Positions 1-7,484 of a stretch of 32,000 bases of DNA are shown piece by piece (position 1 is the stretch's first letter; the number at the start of each line of letters is the position of its first letter). Position numbers and translations under genes: made by a program. The stretch spans positions 1 to 32,000 of the forward strand of contig JAMCWY010000018.1 of the NCBI GenBank assembly GCA_023480925.1, read 5' to 3'. Source of the stretch: Patescibacteria group bacterium (GTDB lineage Bacteria; Patescibacteriota; Minisyncoccia; UBA6257; HR35). The notes under the pieces were generated by a model. The model was not told the origin of the DNA, made no database searches, and was given only the letters and a program-made list of their open reading frames with translations.

Positions 1-190
1 TTACTGTGCAAAATCAGAAACTGACGCCGATCCGAACGCCAGTCTTTGATGTTCTCATGGACTTACAACTTTCCAAGATTGAACCTCCGAAGCCCACGAA
101 AGGCTCAAAAAGCCTTGTAAACTCTACGGTTCGAACTTAAAAATCTGGCGGTGTCTGTTTGAAAATATCCAAACCGAAATCGCTGGGCTC

Positions 191-229
191 GGCGGGCGGA
201 ATTCCCCCCACACCCCCCTTCCGCCCGCC
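191..229. repeat. Perfect 11-bp GC-rich inverted repeat (GGCGGGCGGAA ... TTCCGCCCGCC) around a 17-nt C-rich loop
   Basis: Read directly: arms at 191-201 and 219-229 are exact reverse complements and the loop is ttccccccacacccccc. It lies in a non-coding GC-rich patch downstream (minus sense) of the 322-750 CDS. No T-run follows on either strand. Confidence 0.9.
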
Positions 230-298
230 TCACCTTGCCTGCCCGACCGAAGCGGTGCGTAGGCGAGAACCGGAGCGGAAAGGACGATTTCAAGTTTT

Positions 299-327
299 CT
301 TTGGCGGCAAATTCTTTTGGTCTATTT
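299..327. repeat. Copy A of a ~26-29 nt direct repeat (CTTTGGCGGCAAATT...CTATTT)
   Basis: The first 15 nt are identical to 797-811 and the copy ends in the same CTATTT. It sits at the 3' end of the minus-strand SRPBCC gene and overlaps that gene's stop codon. Confidence 0.7.
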
Positions 328-750
328 CTCTAAAAGTTTCTTCAAACCGTCGAGCATCATTTGCCAATTCTTTTCGGAATGCTCGCGGTCTTCCTCGGTC
401 GCGTTATTATCTTGCGAGAGCGTAACAGTTGTTTGCGTTCCATCGCTGAAAAGTTCGATAGTAACAGTATGGTAGTTTTCCGGCACATCAGGTTTGCCCG
501 TTAGCGGACTGAAATGGCTATATTGCAGTATTCGTTCTTCTTCAAATTTGAGAATTTTGCCCTTGTCCTCGTACGACTTTCCTTGCCACTCTCCTTTCCA
601 GACGATAGAGCTTCCTACTTTCCAATCCGAAACAACATTCGTCCCGAACATATATTGTTTGATGATTTCAGGTTTCGTCAAGGCCTCCCAAACCTGTGCG
701 ATGGGAGTATTGATGATGGTTGATACTTTTGCGATAAGATTTTTGTCCAT
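322..750 (-). CDS. SRPBCC-superfamily protein (AHSA1/START-like fold)
   Basis: Intact 142-aa ORF. It has an N-terminal ...PIAQVWEALTKPE... helix, Trp-rich beta strands and a C-terminal NWQMMLDGLKKLLEK helix, all typical of bacterial AHSA1-type SRPBCC proteins. Family recognised by eye. Confidence 0.75.
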   Translation of the reverse strand: MDKNLIAKVSTIINTPIAQVWEALTKPEIIKQYMFGTNVVSDWKVGSSIVWKGEWQGKSYEDKGKILKFEEERILQYSHFSPLTGKPDVPENYHTVTIELFSDGTQTTVTLSQDNNATEEDREHSEKNWQMMLDGLKKLLEK

Positions 751-761
751 ATTTGTAATAT

Positions 762-873
762 TTATTTTACTAAATCTTCCATTGGAACACCCGATGCTTT
801 GGCGGCAAATTTTTTCCTATTTAGTTCAGCTATGATTACAGCGATATCACCTGCCTGTCCTTGCTCTCAGTTG
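762..873 (-). pseudogene. 3' remnant of an XRE-family HTH gene (C-terminal ~37 codons only)
   Basis: The minus-strand reading gives ...IAVIIAELNRKKFAAKASGVPMEDLVK*. The last 36 nt match 27 of 36 positions in the 3' end of the XRE pseudogene at 1439-1634 (...VAKIAKALGVPIEDLL*). There is no start codon, and it begins immediately after the TGA stop of the 877-1386 CDS. Confidence 0.5.
797..822. repeat. Copy B of the direct repeat CTTTGGCGGCAAATT...CTATTT
   Basis: A 15-nt exact match to 299-313 plus the shared CTATTT end. It lies inside the XRE remnant, where it encodes ..KFAAK.. Confidence 0.7.
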
Positions 874-876
874 ATT

Positions 877-1386
877 TCATTTGAGTTGCGTCCATACGCT
901 TCCCGCATCCAGATACTGCCTCATAAAATCAATCTTTCTTTCCGCATTGAGGTGATACACAAAGCACTGCGCAACCCGGTATTCTTGCCCTAAGTAACTA
1001 GCCGGATCTTTTGGCCAAGGCCATTTTTGTTCGTTGCCAAACTTGATCAACTCTTCGCTCACAGTGCCGACGTTCCAGTATTCAAACACACCCCAGTCTT
1101 TGGCAAGGGTATTGCTTATGATGATCGGTTTTTTCTTATCCGCCGCTCCCGCCGTAAGCCACGGTATGACTTCGCCTTTGCCCTTGATTACTTTATTGTA
1201 GGGCATGATTCCCCATTCGATATCGTCGGTGACCAGCGCCCCAGCGGTGGCAATGTCTCCTGATACAACCGCCAAAATGAAAGTGGAGAAAGGGGTTGCT
1301 TTTGATCCCTGCTTCACGGCTTCACTATTGAGGTCGATCGGTTTTATGGTTTCAGGATCGAGGTCGTGATATTTAGGTGTATCCAT
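877..1386 (-). CDS. NTF2-like / SnoaL-like superfamily protein (function unknown)
   Basis: Intact 169-aa ORF. The pattern ..SGDIATAGALVTDDIEW.. followed by a C-terminal ..FVYHLNAERKIDFMRQYLDAGSV.. resembles SnoaL-like polyketide-cyclase-fold proteins. Codon composition is visibly more GC-rich than the rest of the window. Confidence 0.6.
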   Translation of the reverse strand: MDTPKYHDLDPETIKPIDLNSEAVKQGSKATPFSTFILAVVSGDIATAGALVTDDIEWGIMPYNKVIKGKGEVIPWLTAGAADKKKPIIISNTLAKDWGVFEYWNVGTVSEELIKFGNEQKWPWPKDPASYLGQEYRVAQCFVYHLNAERKIDFMRQYLDAGSVWTQLK

Positions 1387-1438
1387 GATGTTTTTAAATT
1401 GATTAATATTAAATTATTTATATTTTTCGACCTTTGAA

Positions 1439-1634
1439 TTATAACAAATCCTCAATTGGAACGCCCAACGCCTTGGCGATCTTGGCGACCGTCTGCACGC
1501 TTGGTTTGACAACAACATCACTCTCAATTTTGGTAAGGGTAGTTGTGCTTTACGCCGGATTTTCTCACTAAATTGTCTTGGGTCAAGCCAAGCTTATTTC
1601 GTGTCTTTTTGATGTTTTCGCCAATCGTTGCCAT
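1439..1634 (-). pseudogene. Frameshifted XRE-family helix-turn-helix regulator
   Basis: ATG at 1634 and stop at 1439-1441 span 196 nt, which is not a multiple of 3. Frame A reads MATIGENIKKTRNKLGLTQDNLVRKSGVK.. and then hits TGA. The shifted frame continues TTTLTKIESDVVVKPSVQTVAKIAKALGVPIEDLL*. It is a paralogue of the intact XRE at 14501-14710, sharing TIGENIKK.RNKL. Confidence 0.75.
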
Positions 1635-1764
1635 AGTTTCAATACTTTGATATCATTACTTGTGTTATACTGCTTACAATACTATGATAGCAAAATTATT
1701 TCTTTCTTTCAAGAAAAGCCCGCTTCTGGCCTTACTGAATTCAAAACAGCTTGAAATTTCCCCG

Positions 1765-1799
1765 AAAAACGGCTGGCGAGCCCGCGTAGCGGGCGAGCC
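1765..1799 (-). terminator. Rho-independent terminator downstream of tRNA-Ser
   Basis: On the minus strand the hairpin is GGCTCGCCCGC-TAC-GCGGGCTCGCC, with a 6-bp perfect GC core plus outer pairs. It is followed by GTTTTT. Confidence 0.6.
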
Positions 1800-1818
1800 A
1801 ATGACTTCATTTCCTAAC

Positions 1819-1908
1819 TGGCGGAAGGGGTGGGATTCGAACCCACGCGTCCGCTGACGCAGACACAGCTCTCCAGGCTGTTCCGTTGAACCGCTCCGGC
1901 ACCCTTCC
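1819..1908 (-). tRNA. tRNA-Ser (anticodon GGA), CCA encoded
   Basis: Cloverleaf folded by hand. Acceptor GGAAGGG/CCCTTCC, anticodon arm ACAGC-CTGGAGA-GCTGT, long variable arm, T arm GTGGG-TTCGAAT-CCCAC, discriminator G plus CCA. Confidence 0.9.
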
Positions 1909-1925
1909 TTGTTGATTTTTTTAGT

Positions 1926-2303
1926 CTACTTTTCTTTTGTTTCTTCCTTTTGGGCCAAACGCCAATGATACAAGTATAAAGGCAGGCCAATAATCAGTAG
2001 GCCGAGAGCGTTGGCCGCGTCGCGTTCTCTCTGACTCAAAACGTTTTGGCGCTGATATTCTTCCGCCCACGCGATTTGATTAATTTTTGTTTGGTTTGAT
2101 GAAGTCGAATTAACGCCACTAAGATTTTTCTCCGGACTGACCGGTGGTGTTGGTCCTAGTGGACTGATTGGATAATAATCGGCGTTTTGAAAGACGAACA
2201 TTCTCAGACCTAAGTCAACAAACTTAGTCGCGCCAATCAGAATCAAAATCAAACCAACGGCCGAAAAGAGATAAAGATAAACTCGACGCAAGCTGACTTT
2301 CAT
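1926..2303 (-). CDS. Small membrane protein, two predicted TM helices with a Pro/Ser-rich external loop
   Basis: 125-aa ORF. Hydrophobic segments are LYLFSAVGLILILIGA and ALGLLIIGLPLYLY. No recognisable family. Confidence 0.6.
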   Translation of the reverse strand: MKVSLRRVYLYLFSAVGLILILIGATKFVDLGLRMFVFQNADYYPISPLGPTPPVSPEKNLSGVNSTSSNQTKINQIAWAEEYQRQNVLSQRERDAANALGLLIIGLPLYLYHWRLAQKEETKEK

Positions 2304-2316
2304 TATTTAATTATAA

Positions 2317-3225
2317 CTATTTTTGGCAATTAGGGCAAAAGTGAGTGCTTCGGCCGCCGATCTTTTTTGTTTCAATTCGATGATGACAACGTTCACAGGT
2401 TTGGCCGGTTCGGCGATAAACTTTGGCGACTCGGCCAAAAGTTCCGATTTGACCTTCGATGTCGCGGTAAAACTGTTCCGAGGTGCCGCCGTGCTTGAGC
2501 GAAAGTTTTAAAACTTTTTTAACGCACTTGGTCAAGCGCGCCGTCTCGATTGGTTTAATCGATCGGGTCAAGCGAAAAGGATTAATTTTGGCGCAGAAAA
2601 GAGATTCGTCGGTGTAAATGTTACCCAGGCCGGCGATTTGAGCTTGATCAAGTAGGAGTTGTTTAATCCGTGGTCCTTTCGCCGTCGCGATAATTTTTTT
2701 TAATTCTTCAACCGAAATGTTGATCGCTTCGGGTCCGTAAGATTTTTTAATTTTTTCCATCTCGGTTTCATTGACAATTTTGAACCAGCCGAATTTTCTT
2801 AAATCGTTAAAATATAAATTTGCGCCTGCGGCAAAACTTAAAATGATTCGGGTATAACGATTAGGCAGTTGATCGAGATAATTGCGGCCGGGATGACCGC
2901 CGACGACCAAGCCCGACTGTTTATATTTATTCAAGCCTTTAAGATTAAGCAAGGTCGCCTTTTGATTTTTTCGTTCGTAGACAAGCTGGCCGGAAAGTTT
3001 AAGATGGACGACAAGGAAAATTTTATCGTCAGCCTTTTTTTGATTAAATGAAAAAATTAATATTTTCGCTCGACGTTCAATTCCTTTTATTTTTTTGCCG
3101 ATGAGCGAATTCGCTCGGCCCTGAATTTGTTTCTTGCTCAAAATTTTAATCGCCTTGATTTTTTTGCCGATCAAAACTTTTTTCAAACCTTTTTTGATTG
3201 TTTCAACTTCTGGCAGTTCGGGCAT
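2317..3225 (-). CDS. mutM: Formamidopyrimidine-DNA glycosylase (Fpg/MutM family)
   Basis: N-terminal catalytic MPELPEVET motif, a central H2TH-type region and a C-terminal zinc finger CERCHHRIETKKIGGRSTHFCPNCQ. Confidence 0.9.
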   Translation of the reverse strand: MPELPEVETIKKGLKKVLIGKKIKAIKILSKKQIQGRANSLIGKKIKGIERRAKILIFSFNQKKADDKIFLVVHLKLSGQLVYERKNQKATLLNLKGLNKYKQSGLVVGGHPGRNYLDQLPNRYTRIILSFAAGANLYFNDLRKFGWFKIVNETEMEKIKKSYGPEAINISVEELKKIIATAKGPRIKQLLLDQAQIAGLGNIYTDESLFCAKINPFRLTRSIKPIETARLTKCVKKVLKLSLKHGGTSEQFYRDIEGQIGTFGRVAKVYRRTGQTCERCHHRIETKKIGGRSTHFCPNCQK

Positions 3226-3292
3226 TTTTTTAATGGATTAAGATTGACCAAAATTAAATTATAATAATTAAATCAACCAAGCAAAATTCAGA

Positions 3293-3364
3293 CGGAGCAT
3301 AGTGTAATGGCAACATCCACGATTCGGGTTCGTGGGATTCTGGGTTCGAGTCCCAGTGCTCCGA
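3293..3364 (+). tRNA. tRNA-Pro (anticodon CGG)
   Basis: Acceptor CGGAGCA/TGCTCCG, anticodon arm CACGA-TTCGGGT-TCGTG, T arm CTGGG-TTCGAGT-CCCAG. No encoded CCA. Confidence 0.85.
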
Positions 3365-3503
3365 AAAATATTCAGCAAGCCTTTTTCGATCAAGAACAAG
3401 GCGAAATCTCTCGTTTTGAAGGGTGAGTACATAGCCTTGAAATTAATAAAAAATAGTCTATCATCTTAGTAGTCCAACTATTTAAGGAAAGAAGGTAATC
3501 AAA

Positions 3504-3854
3504 TTGGACGATGAAGATGATGATTGGATTAAAATATATCGGGTTGTAAGAATGCTTGGTTCTGGCCCGAGTCATTTTAAACGAGTTGGCGATGAAGAGG
3601 ACGGGCGTCCTTTTGAACTTTCGTCCCAGAAACAGCCTTGGTTTAACTTTGGGTCAAGAACCGAGATCGAGATGAAAGCGGACAACGACGATGAGTATGA
3701 TGATCTTATTAACTATTTCAACTTGATCGATAAAAAAATCGACCGGTTGAATAAGAAGATAAACGATCTTGCCGATTTCGTTGTTATTCACGCCTGTATT
3801 TCCATCTTTGCCTTTGTTCTCTTTATTGTCTTGTTCGTGATTTATTTTAAATAA
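3504..3854 (+). CDS. Hypothetical tail-anchored protein with an acidic N-terminal region, a short coiled-coil-like segment and one C-terminal TM helix
   Basis: 116-aa ORF. The start is probably TTG at 3504, preceded by a GGAAAGAAGG purine tract 8 nt upstream. The first in-frame ATG is at codon 17. The C-terminus is IHACISIFAFVLFIVLFVIYF. No family recognised. Confidence 0.5.
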   Translation: MDDEDDDWIKIYRVVRMLGSGPSHFKRVGDEEDGRPFELSSQKQPWFNFGSRTEIEMKADNDDEYDDLINYFNLIDKKIDRLNKKINDLADFVVIHACISIFAFVLFIVLFVIYFK

Positions 3855-3877
3855 ATTGCGTTCGAGACAGTTGTTAA

Positions 3878-3918
3878 ATAAGCCAACGTTATCTTAAAAA
3901 CGGCTGGCTTATTTTTTA
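3878..3918 (+). terminator. Rho-independent terminator after the 3504-3854 CDS
   Basis: Stem ATAAGCCA...TGGCTTAT (8 bp perfect plus imperfect extension) followed by TTTTTT. Confidence 0.55.
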
Positions 3919-3990
3919 TTAACCATTTGGAAATATTTTTTACCGAGATTTTTATTAATTGTTTTTTTGGCGAAAATTTTTTGCGTCTAA

Positions 3991-4030
3991 AAAATAAAAA
4001 AACCACTCAGGATTCGAGTGGTTTAAAAAA
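3991..4030 (-). terminator. Rho-independent terminator after the sigma-factor gene
   Basis: Stem AACCACTC / GAGTGGTT (8 bp, 7-nt loop). It is flanked by A-runs on the plus strand, which read as a T-run downstream on the minus strand. Confidence 0.7.
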
Positions 4031-4048
4031 TACTTTTAGAGAATGATT

Positions 4049-4987
4049 TTATCCAAACAAAATATTCTCTTGGACTTTTTTGACTTGTTCTATGAAATTT
4101 TTTATTTCCTTGGCCGTGGCTAATCGGAGTTTCACGATTTTTGGTTTCGTCCGGACAACTTCGCTTAAGCTAATCTGATCGCCTTTGTAATTCGCGGCCG
4201 CTCGCGCTAAAGCGATTCCGCTATTGATAATTTGGCGAACTCGCTCGCGCGTGACGCCGAAACTTTCACCAATTTCTTCCATGGAATAACCTGAGACGCT
4301 CAACATCATCATCTCTTGTGCTTTTGGTGGTATGCACTTGAGTACTTGCTCAAGTTGTTCATTCTCAAACATGAGTCGTTCTCGCTCCAAGCAAATTTCT
4401 TCAGGACCAGCTTCATTTGTCTTGACGAAATCGATCAGAGAAGCACTGTCGGTATTTTCGGAGTCAACTTTCCCGTCGAGAGAATAAACTGTTTGATGCG
4501 CGTATTTTCTGATGTTGATAATTAAGCTTTCGTCAATTTCAAGGAATGACGATAACTCTTGGACGTTCTTGGCCGGTTGACCGTATTTGGCGGCATAAAG
4601 CCTTTCTGCCTTTTTAAAATAATCGATCATTGGCTGTATATAAGAAGGAATACGGAGAGGATGTTCGTACCTTTCCAGGTGTCTCTGGATAAATCTGTAT
4701 ATCCAGCGATAGGCGTATGTGGAAAATTCCATGCCTTTTTTCGGGTCGTATTTTTCCACCGCTCGGATTAACCCAAATACTCCCTCTTGTCTTAGGTCTT
4801 CCGCCGCGTTGAGAGGGGAATGAGTTTGGAAAAAGCAGCGTTTAACGACGTGGTCAACTAGATGGACGTTGTGTTCAACCAACTGATTACGCAAGTTTTC
4901 GTCCTTGGGATTGGCCCAATAACCTTTCCATAAATTTCCTGGCTGGTTAAATTTAGCGTCCTGATTCGTTATCGCCAAAGCAATCAT
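4049..4987 (-). CDS. RNA polymerase sigma factor, sigma-70 family (regions 2, 3 and 4 present; ~55-aa C-terminal extension)
   Basis: Region 2: DLRQEGVFGLIRAVEKYDPKKGMEFSTYAYRWIYRFIQRHL. Region 4.2 HTH: YSMEEIGESFGVTRERVRQIINSGIALAR. An AAAGGAG tract abuts the ATG, so the true start may be the in-frame TTG at codon 4. Confidence 0.85.
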   Translation of the reverse strand: MIALAITNQDAKFNQPGNLWKGYWANPKDENLRNQLVEHNVHLVDHVVKRCFFQTHSPLNAAEDLRQEGVFGLIRAVEKYDPKKGMEFSTYAYRWIYRFIQRHLERYEHPLRIPSYIQPMIDYFKKAERLYAAKYGQPAKNVQELSSFLEIDESLIINIRKYAHQTVYSLDGKVDSENTDSASLIDFVKTNEAGPEEICLERERLMFENEQLEQVLKCIPPKAQEMMMLSVSGYSMEEIGESFGVTRERVRQIINSGIALARAAANYKGDQISLSEVVRTKPKIVKLRLATAKEIKNFIEQVKKVQENILFG

Positions 4988-5224
4988 CTCCTTTCTAAAG
5001 CAAAATTGCTTTTTGTAAATAACTACTTTAATTTTAACACATAAAATTGATGTCTTTTTAGATTCAAAAGATTGATCGGCAATATTTTCGGCGAGTGAAT
5101 TTTGTCAGTAACGGCTAGTAAAAACGAGGCGCTTTTTGACCAAATTAATCTTTCAAAATTTATATTCGATCAAAAATTATTTTTATTTTAGTTTGGTTCA
5201 ATCCGAGCTATTTCGACCGTGAAG

Positions 5225-5253
5225 TTGACTTAGACTTAAATTTAGTTTAAAAT
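5225..5253 (+). promoter_or_regulatory. Sigma-70-type promoter for the arsR-grx-PPP operon
   Basis: TTGACT (5225-5230), a 17-nt spacer, then TAAAAT (5248-5253). Confidence 0.55.
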
Positions 5254-5286
5254 ACACTTGAATAGTTGCGTAAGTGTTTAAGTGTT
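5254..5286 (+). promoter_or_regulatory. Candidate ArsR-family operator
   Basis: Inverted repeat ACACTT-N12-AAGTGT (5254-5277) lies immediately after the -10 element. AAGTGTT is repeated directly at 5280-5286. Confidence 0.4.
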
Positions 5287-5290
5287 AGTA

Positions 5291-5614
5291 ATGATTAACC
5301 GAACCAAACTTAAAAAAATTAAAAAAAGTCTGCGCCGGTTTGAGAAAGAAGAGGCTGCGATTTTGTTTCGCGCTTTGGCCGATTCGAACCGATTTTTGAT
5401 TTTAAATTTAGTTTATGAAAATACCGATCTTTGTTTGACTGACCTGGCCAAAATTTTAAACTTGTCTCTTTCGGCTGTTTCGCGTCAAGGTCGAATCTTG
5501 ACCTCGGTCGGATTGGTTGAAAAAAAACGTTTGGGCAAAACTATTTGCTACCGTTTTAAAAAGTCGGAACGAGTTAATCAAAAGTTGATTAAATTATTCG
5601 GCGGGAAAAAATAA
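5291..5614 (+). CDS. ArsR/SmtB-family winged-helix transcriptional regulator
   Basis: ..FRALADSNRFLILNLV....CLTDLAKILNLSLSAVSRQGRILTSVGLVEKKRLGKTICYR.. is the canonical ArsR HTH plus wing. The start is taken at the first ATG; the ORF track begins at GTG 5282. Confidence 0.85.
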   Translation: MINRTKLKKIKKSLRRFEKEEAAILFRALADSNRFLILNLVYENTDLCLTDLAKILNLSLSAVSRQGRILTSVGLVEKKRLGKTICYRFKKSERVNQKLIKLFGGKK

Positions 5615-5660
5615 AAAAGAATAAAAAAATTAAAAGTCGTTATTAACACTTTATTAAAAT

Positions 5661-5900
5661 ATGGCTAAGGTTATTATTTATACCACTCCGACTTGTTCTT
5701 TTTGCCATAAGGCGAAAGAATTTTTTGACAAGAATAATATTAAATACGAAGAAAAAGATGTGACGATTAATGATCAGACTTTGGCTGAAATGGTTAAAAA
5801 GTCCGGTCAGATGGGCGTGCCGGTTATTGATGTTGACGGTCAAATTGTCGTTGGTTTCGATCAGCCGGCCTTGGTTAATCTTTTAAAATCAAAGGCTTAA
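5661..5900 (+). CDS. Glutaredoxin-like small redoxin (NrdH/YruB-like), CSFC active site
   Basis: 79 aa. VIIYTTPTCSFCHKAKEFF... followed by GVPVIDVDGQIVVGFD is the thioredoxin-fold glutaredoxin signature. Confidence 0.85.
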   Translation: MAKVIIYTTPTCSFCHKAKEFFDKNNIKYEEKDVTINDQTLAEMVKKSGQMGVPVIDVDGQIVVGFDQPALVNLLKSKA

Positions 5901-5903
5901 ACG

Positions 5904-6737
5904 ATGGACTTGCTTTTTGATATTGGCGGGACGAAAACGCGAATTGGTCTAGCCAAGAACAAAAAAATTGTCGGTCGGCCGACTGTCGTCGCGACGACTT
6001 TGAATTTTAAAGACGCGATTAAAGAATTTAGTCAAATTAAAAATCAAATTATCGGCCGAACCGAAAAAGTCAGCCGCCTGGTCGTCGCCATCGCCGGAAT
6101 TTTAAATAAACAAAAAGATATGTTGATTCGATCGCCGCATCTTCAGAACTGGCAAGGTCAACCATTAAAACGGGAACTGGAAAAAATATTTAAAGCCAAA
6201 ACTTATCTCGAGAACGACGCCGCCTTGGCCGGTTTGGCCGAGGCGAGGGCAGGGAAGATCAAAAATAAAAAAAATATCGCTTATCTTAATTTTGGCACCG
6301 GTGTTGGCGGTGTTCGGATCGTCGATGGAAAAATTGATCGAGCTTCGGTCGGCTTCGAACCCGGTCATCAGTTTTTGATTTTTTCTTCAAAGTCGGGCAA
6401 TCATTTTAATTTATTTGAGATTGAAGATTTTCTCGCCGGCTGGGCAATTGAGAAAAAATTCGGCCGGCGGTCAAAATTAATCCAATCGAAATCTTTTTGG
6501 TCTGATCTGACTAAGGTTCTGGCAGTTTTTGTTTACAATCTTGATTTAGTTTGGTCGGTTGACGCCGTCATTTTGGGCGGTTCGCTTGCAGAAAAAATCG
6601 ATCTGGATAAATTAAAAAATCAACTGGTGAAAATTAACAAAATTTTGCCGCGTTTACCATTAATTAAAAAATCAAAGTTTGGAGATTTAAGCGGTCTCTA
6701 CGGCGGCCTGGTTTATTTAAACCAGCTGAAGAAATGA
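5904..6737 (+). CDS. ROK-family sugar kinase (putative glucokinase)
   Basis: DIGGTKTRIGL phosphate-1 motif, ENDAALAGLAE, NFGTGVGGV and EPGH. It lacks the Cys-rich zinc motif of classical ROK kinases. The stop TGA overlaps the next start (ATGA). Confidence 0.75.
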   Translation: MDLLFDIGGTKTRIGLAKNKKIVGRPTVVATTLNFKDAIKEFSQIKNQIIGRTEKVSRLVVAIAGILNKQKDMLIRSPHLQNWQGQPLKRELEKIFKAKTYLENDAALAGLAEARAGKIKNKKNIAYLNFGTGVGGVRIVDGKIDRASVGFEPGHQFLIFSSKSGNHFNLFEIEDFLAGWAIEKKFGRRSKLIQSKSFWSDLTKVLAVFVYNLDLVWSVDAVILGGSLAEKIDLDKLKNQLVKINKILPRLPLIKKSKFGDLSGLYGGLVYLNQLKK

Positions 6738-7453
6738 AAATTATCAGCGTGGCCGATCGAACGGAAACAAAAAAGCGGGGAAGGGAATTCCTGGATTTTT
6801 TTCTGGCCGATAATTCTAATTCGTCGGTTTTGCTTTTGCTTTCCGGCGGTTCGGCTTTTGACTTAATCGACGGTTTTAATTCGACTAAGCTCGGACCTAA
6901 TTTAACTATTTCTGTTTTAGACGAACGTTATGTTTTCGATTCGGATTTAAGTAACTTCGCTCAAATGGCCAAAACGGAATTTTATCGCTTAGCCTTGACC
7001 GCCGGCGCGAATTTTATTGACCCCCGGCCCAGACCAAACCAATCATTATCTCAGGCGGCCGTTTCTTTCGACCAAAGTTTGAAGCGATGGCGAAAGTTGA
7101 ACCCAGCCGGTCGGGTTATTATTACTCAAGGAATTGGTTTTGACGGCCACACGGCCGGAATAATGCCTTTTCCTGAAAATAAAATTTTATTTAAACACTT
7201 GTTCGAAGATCCGGCGATTTGGGCGGTTGGTTATGACGCGGCTGGCAAAAATGAGTTGCCTCTGAGATTAACGTGTTCGATCAGTTTTTTGGAAAACTTT
7301 GTTGATCAGAGCCTTGGTTATGTCTTGGGCGAAGAAAAAAGAGACATTTTTGAACGAGTCCAAGGCGGCGCCGGCGTTTTGGCTGATTTACCTGCTTTAG
7401 TTTTTAACCGGATGAAAAAAGTCGAAATTTTTACCGATCTTAATTTTGATTAA
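6734..7453 (+). CDS. pgl: 6-phosphogluconolactonase (NagB/Pgl sugar-phosphate isomerase family)
   Basis: LLLSGGS and LDERYV motifs plus GIGFDGHTAGIMP, all typical of Pgl/DevB. The operon context fits: it sits between the sugar kinase and pgi, in the same operon as the zwf-gnd fusion. Confidence 0.75.
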   Translation: MKIISVADRTETKKRGREFLDFFLADNSNSSVLLLLSGGSAFDLIDGFNSTKLGPNLTISVLDERYVFDSDLSNFAQMAKTEFYRLALTAGANFIDPRPRPNQSLSQAAVSFDQSLKRWRKLNPAGRVIITQGIGFDGHTAGIMPFPENKILFKHLFEDPAIWAVGYDAAGKNELPLRLTCSISFLENFVDQSLGYVLGEEKRDIFERVQGGAGVLADLPALVFNRMKKVEIFTDLNFD

Positions 7454-7484
7454 AATACTATAAAGAATAAACCGAGAAAAGAAG

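Noticed and set aside
3-140. Open frame of about 46 codons at the left window edge (..LTPIRTPVFDVLMDLQLSKIEPPKPTKG..*), possibly the 3' end of a plus-strand gene
   Set aside because: It is too short, has no recognisable motif and cannot be distinguished from chance at a window edge. Not reported as a feature.
105-425. ORF-track frames 105-293 (-) and 159-425 (+)
   Set aside because: They overlap each other on opposite strands inside the GC-rich hairpin patch and translate to Arg/Gly/Pro low complexity. Neither has a recognisable motif or ribosome-binding site. I treat both as artefacts of GC-rich non-coding DNA.
874-876. The TGA stop of the 877-1386 CDS is in frame with the downstream XRE-like remnant, which suggested TGA recoding or read-through
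   Set aside because: TGA clearly terminates other genes here, for example the sugar kinase at 6735-6737. rpoB, rpoC, gyrB and uvrB contain no in-frame TGA, so the standard code 11 applies. The in-frame arrangement is best explained by the remnant abutting the gene.
1660-1857. 65-aa ORF on the plus strand
   Set aside because: It runs through the tRNA-Ser terminator hairpin and into the tRNA-Ser gene on the opposite strand. It has no motif support.
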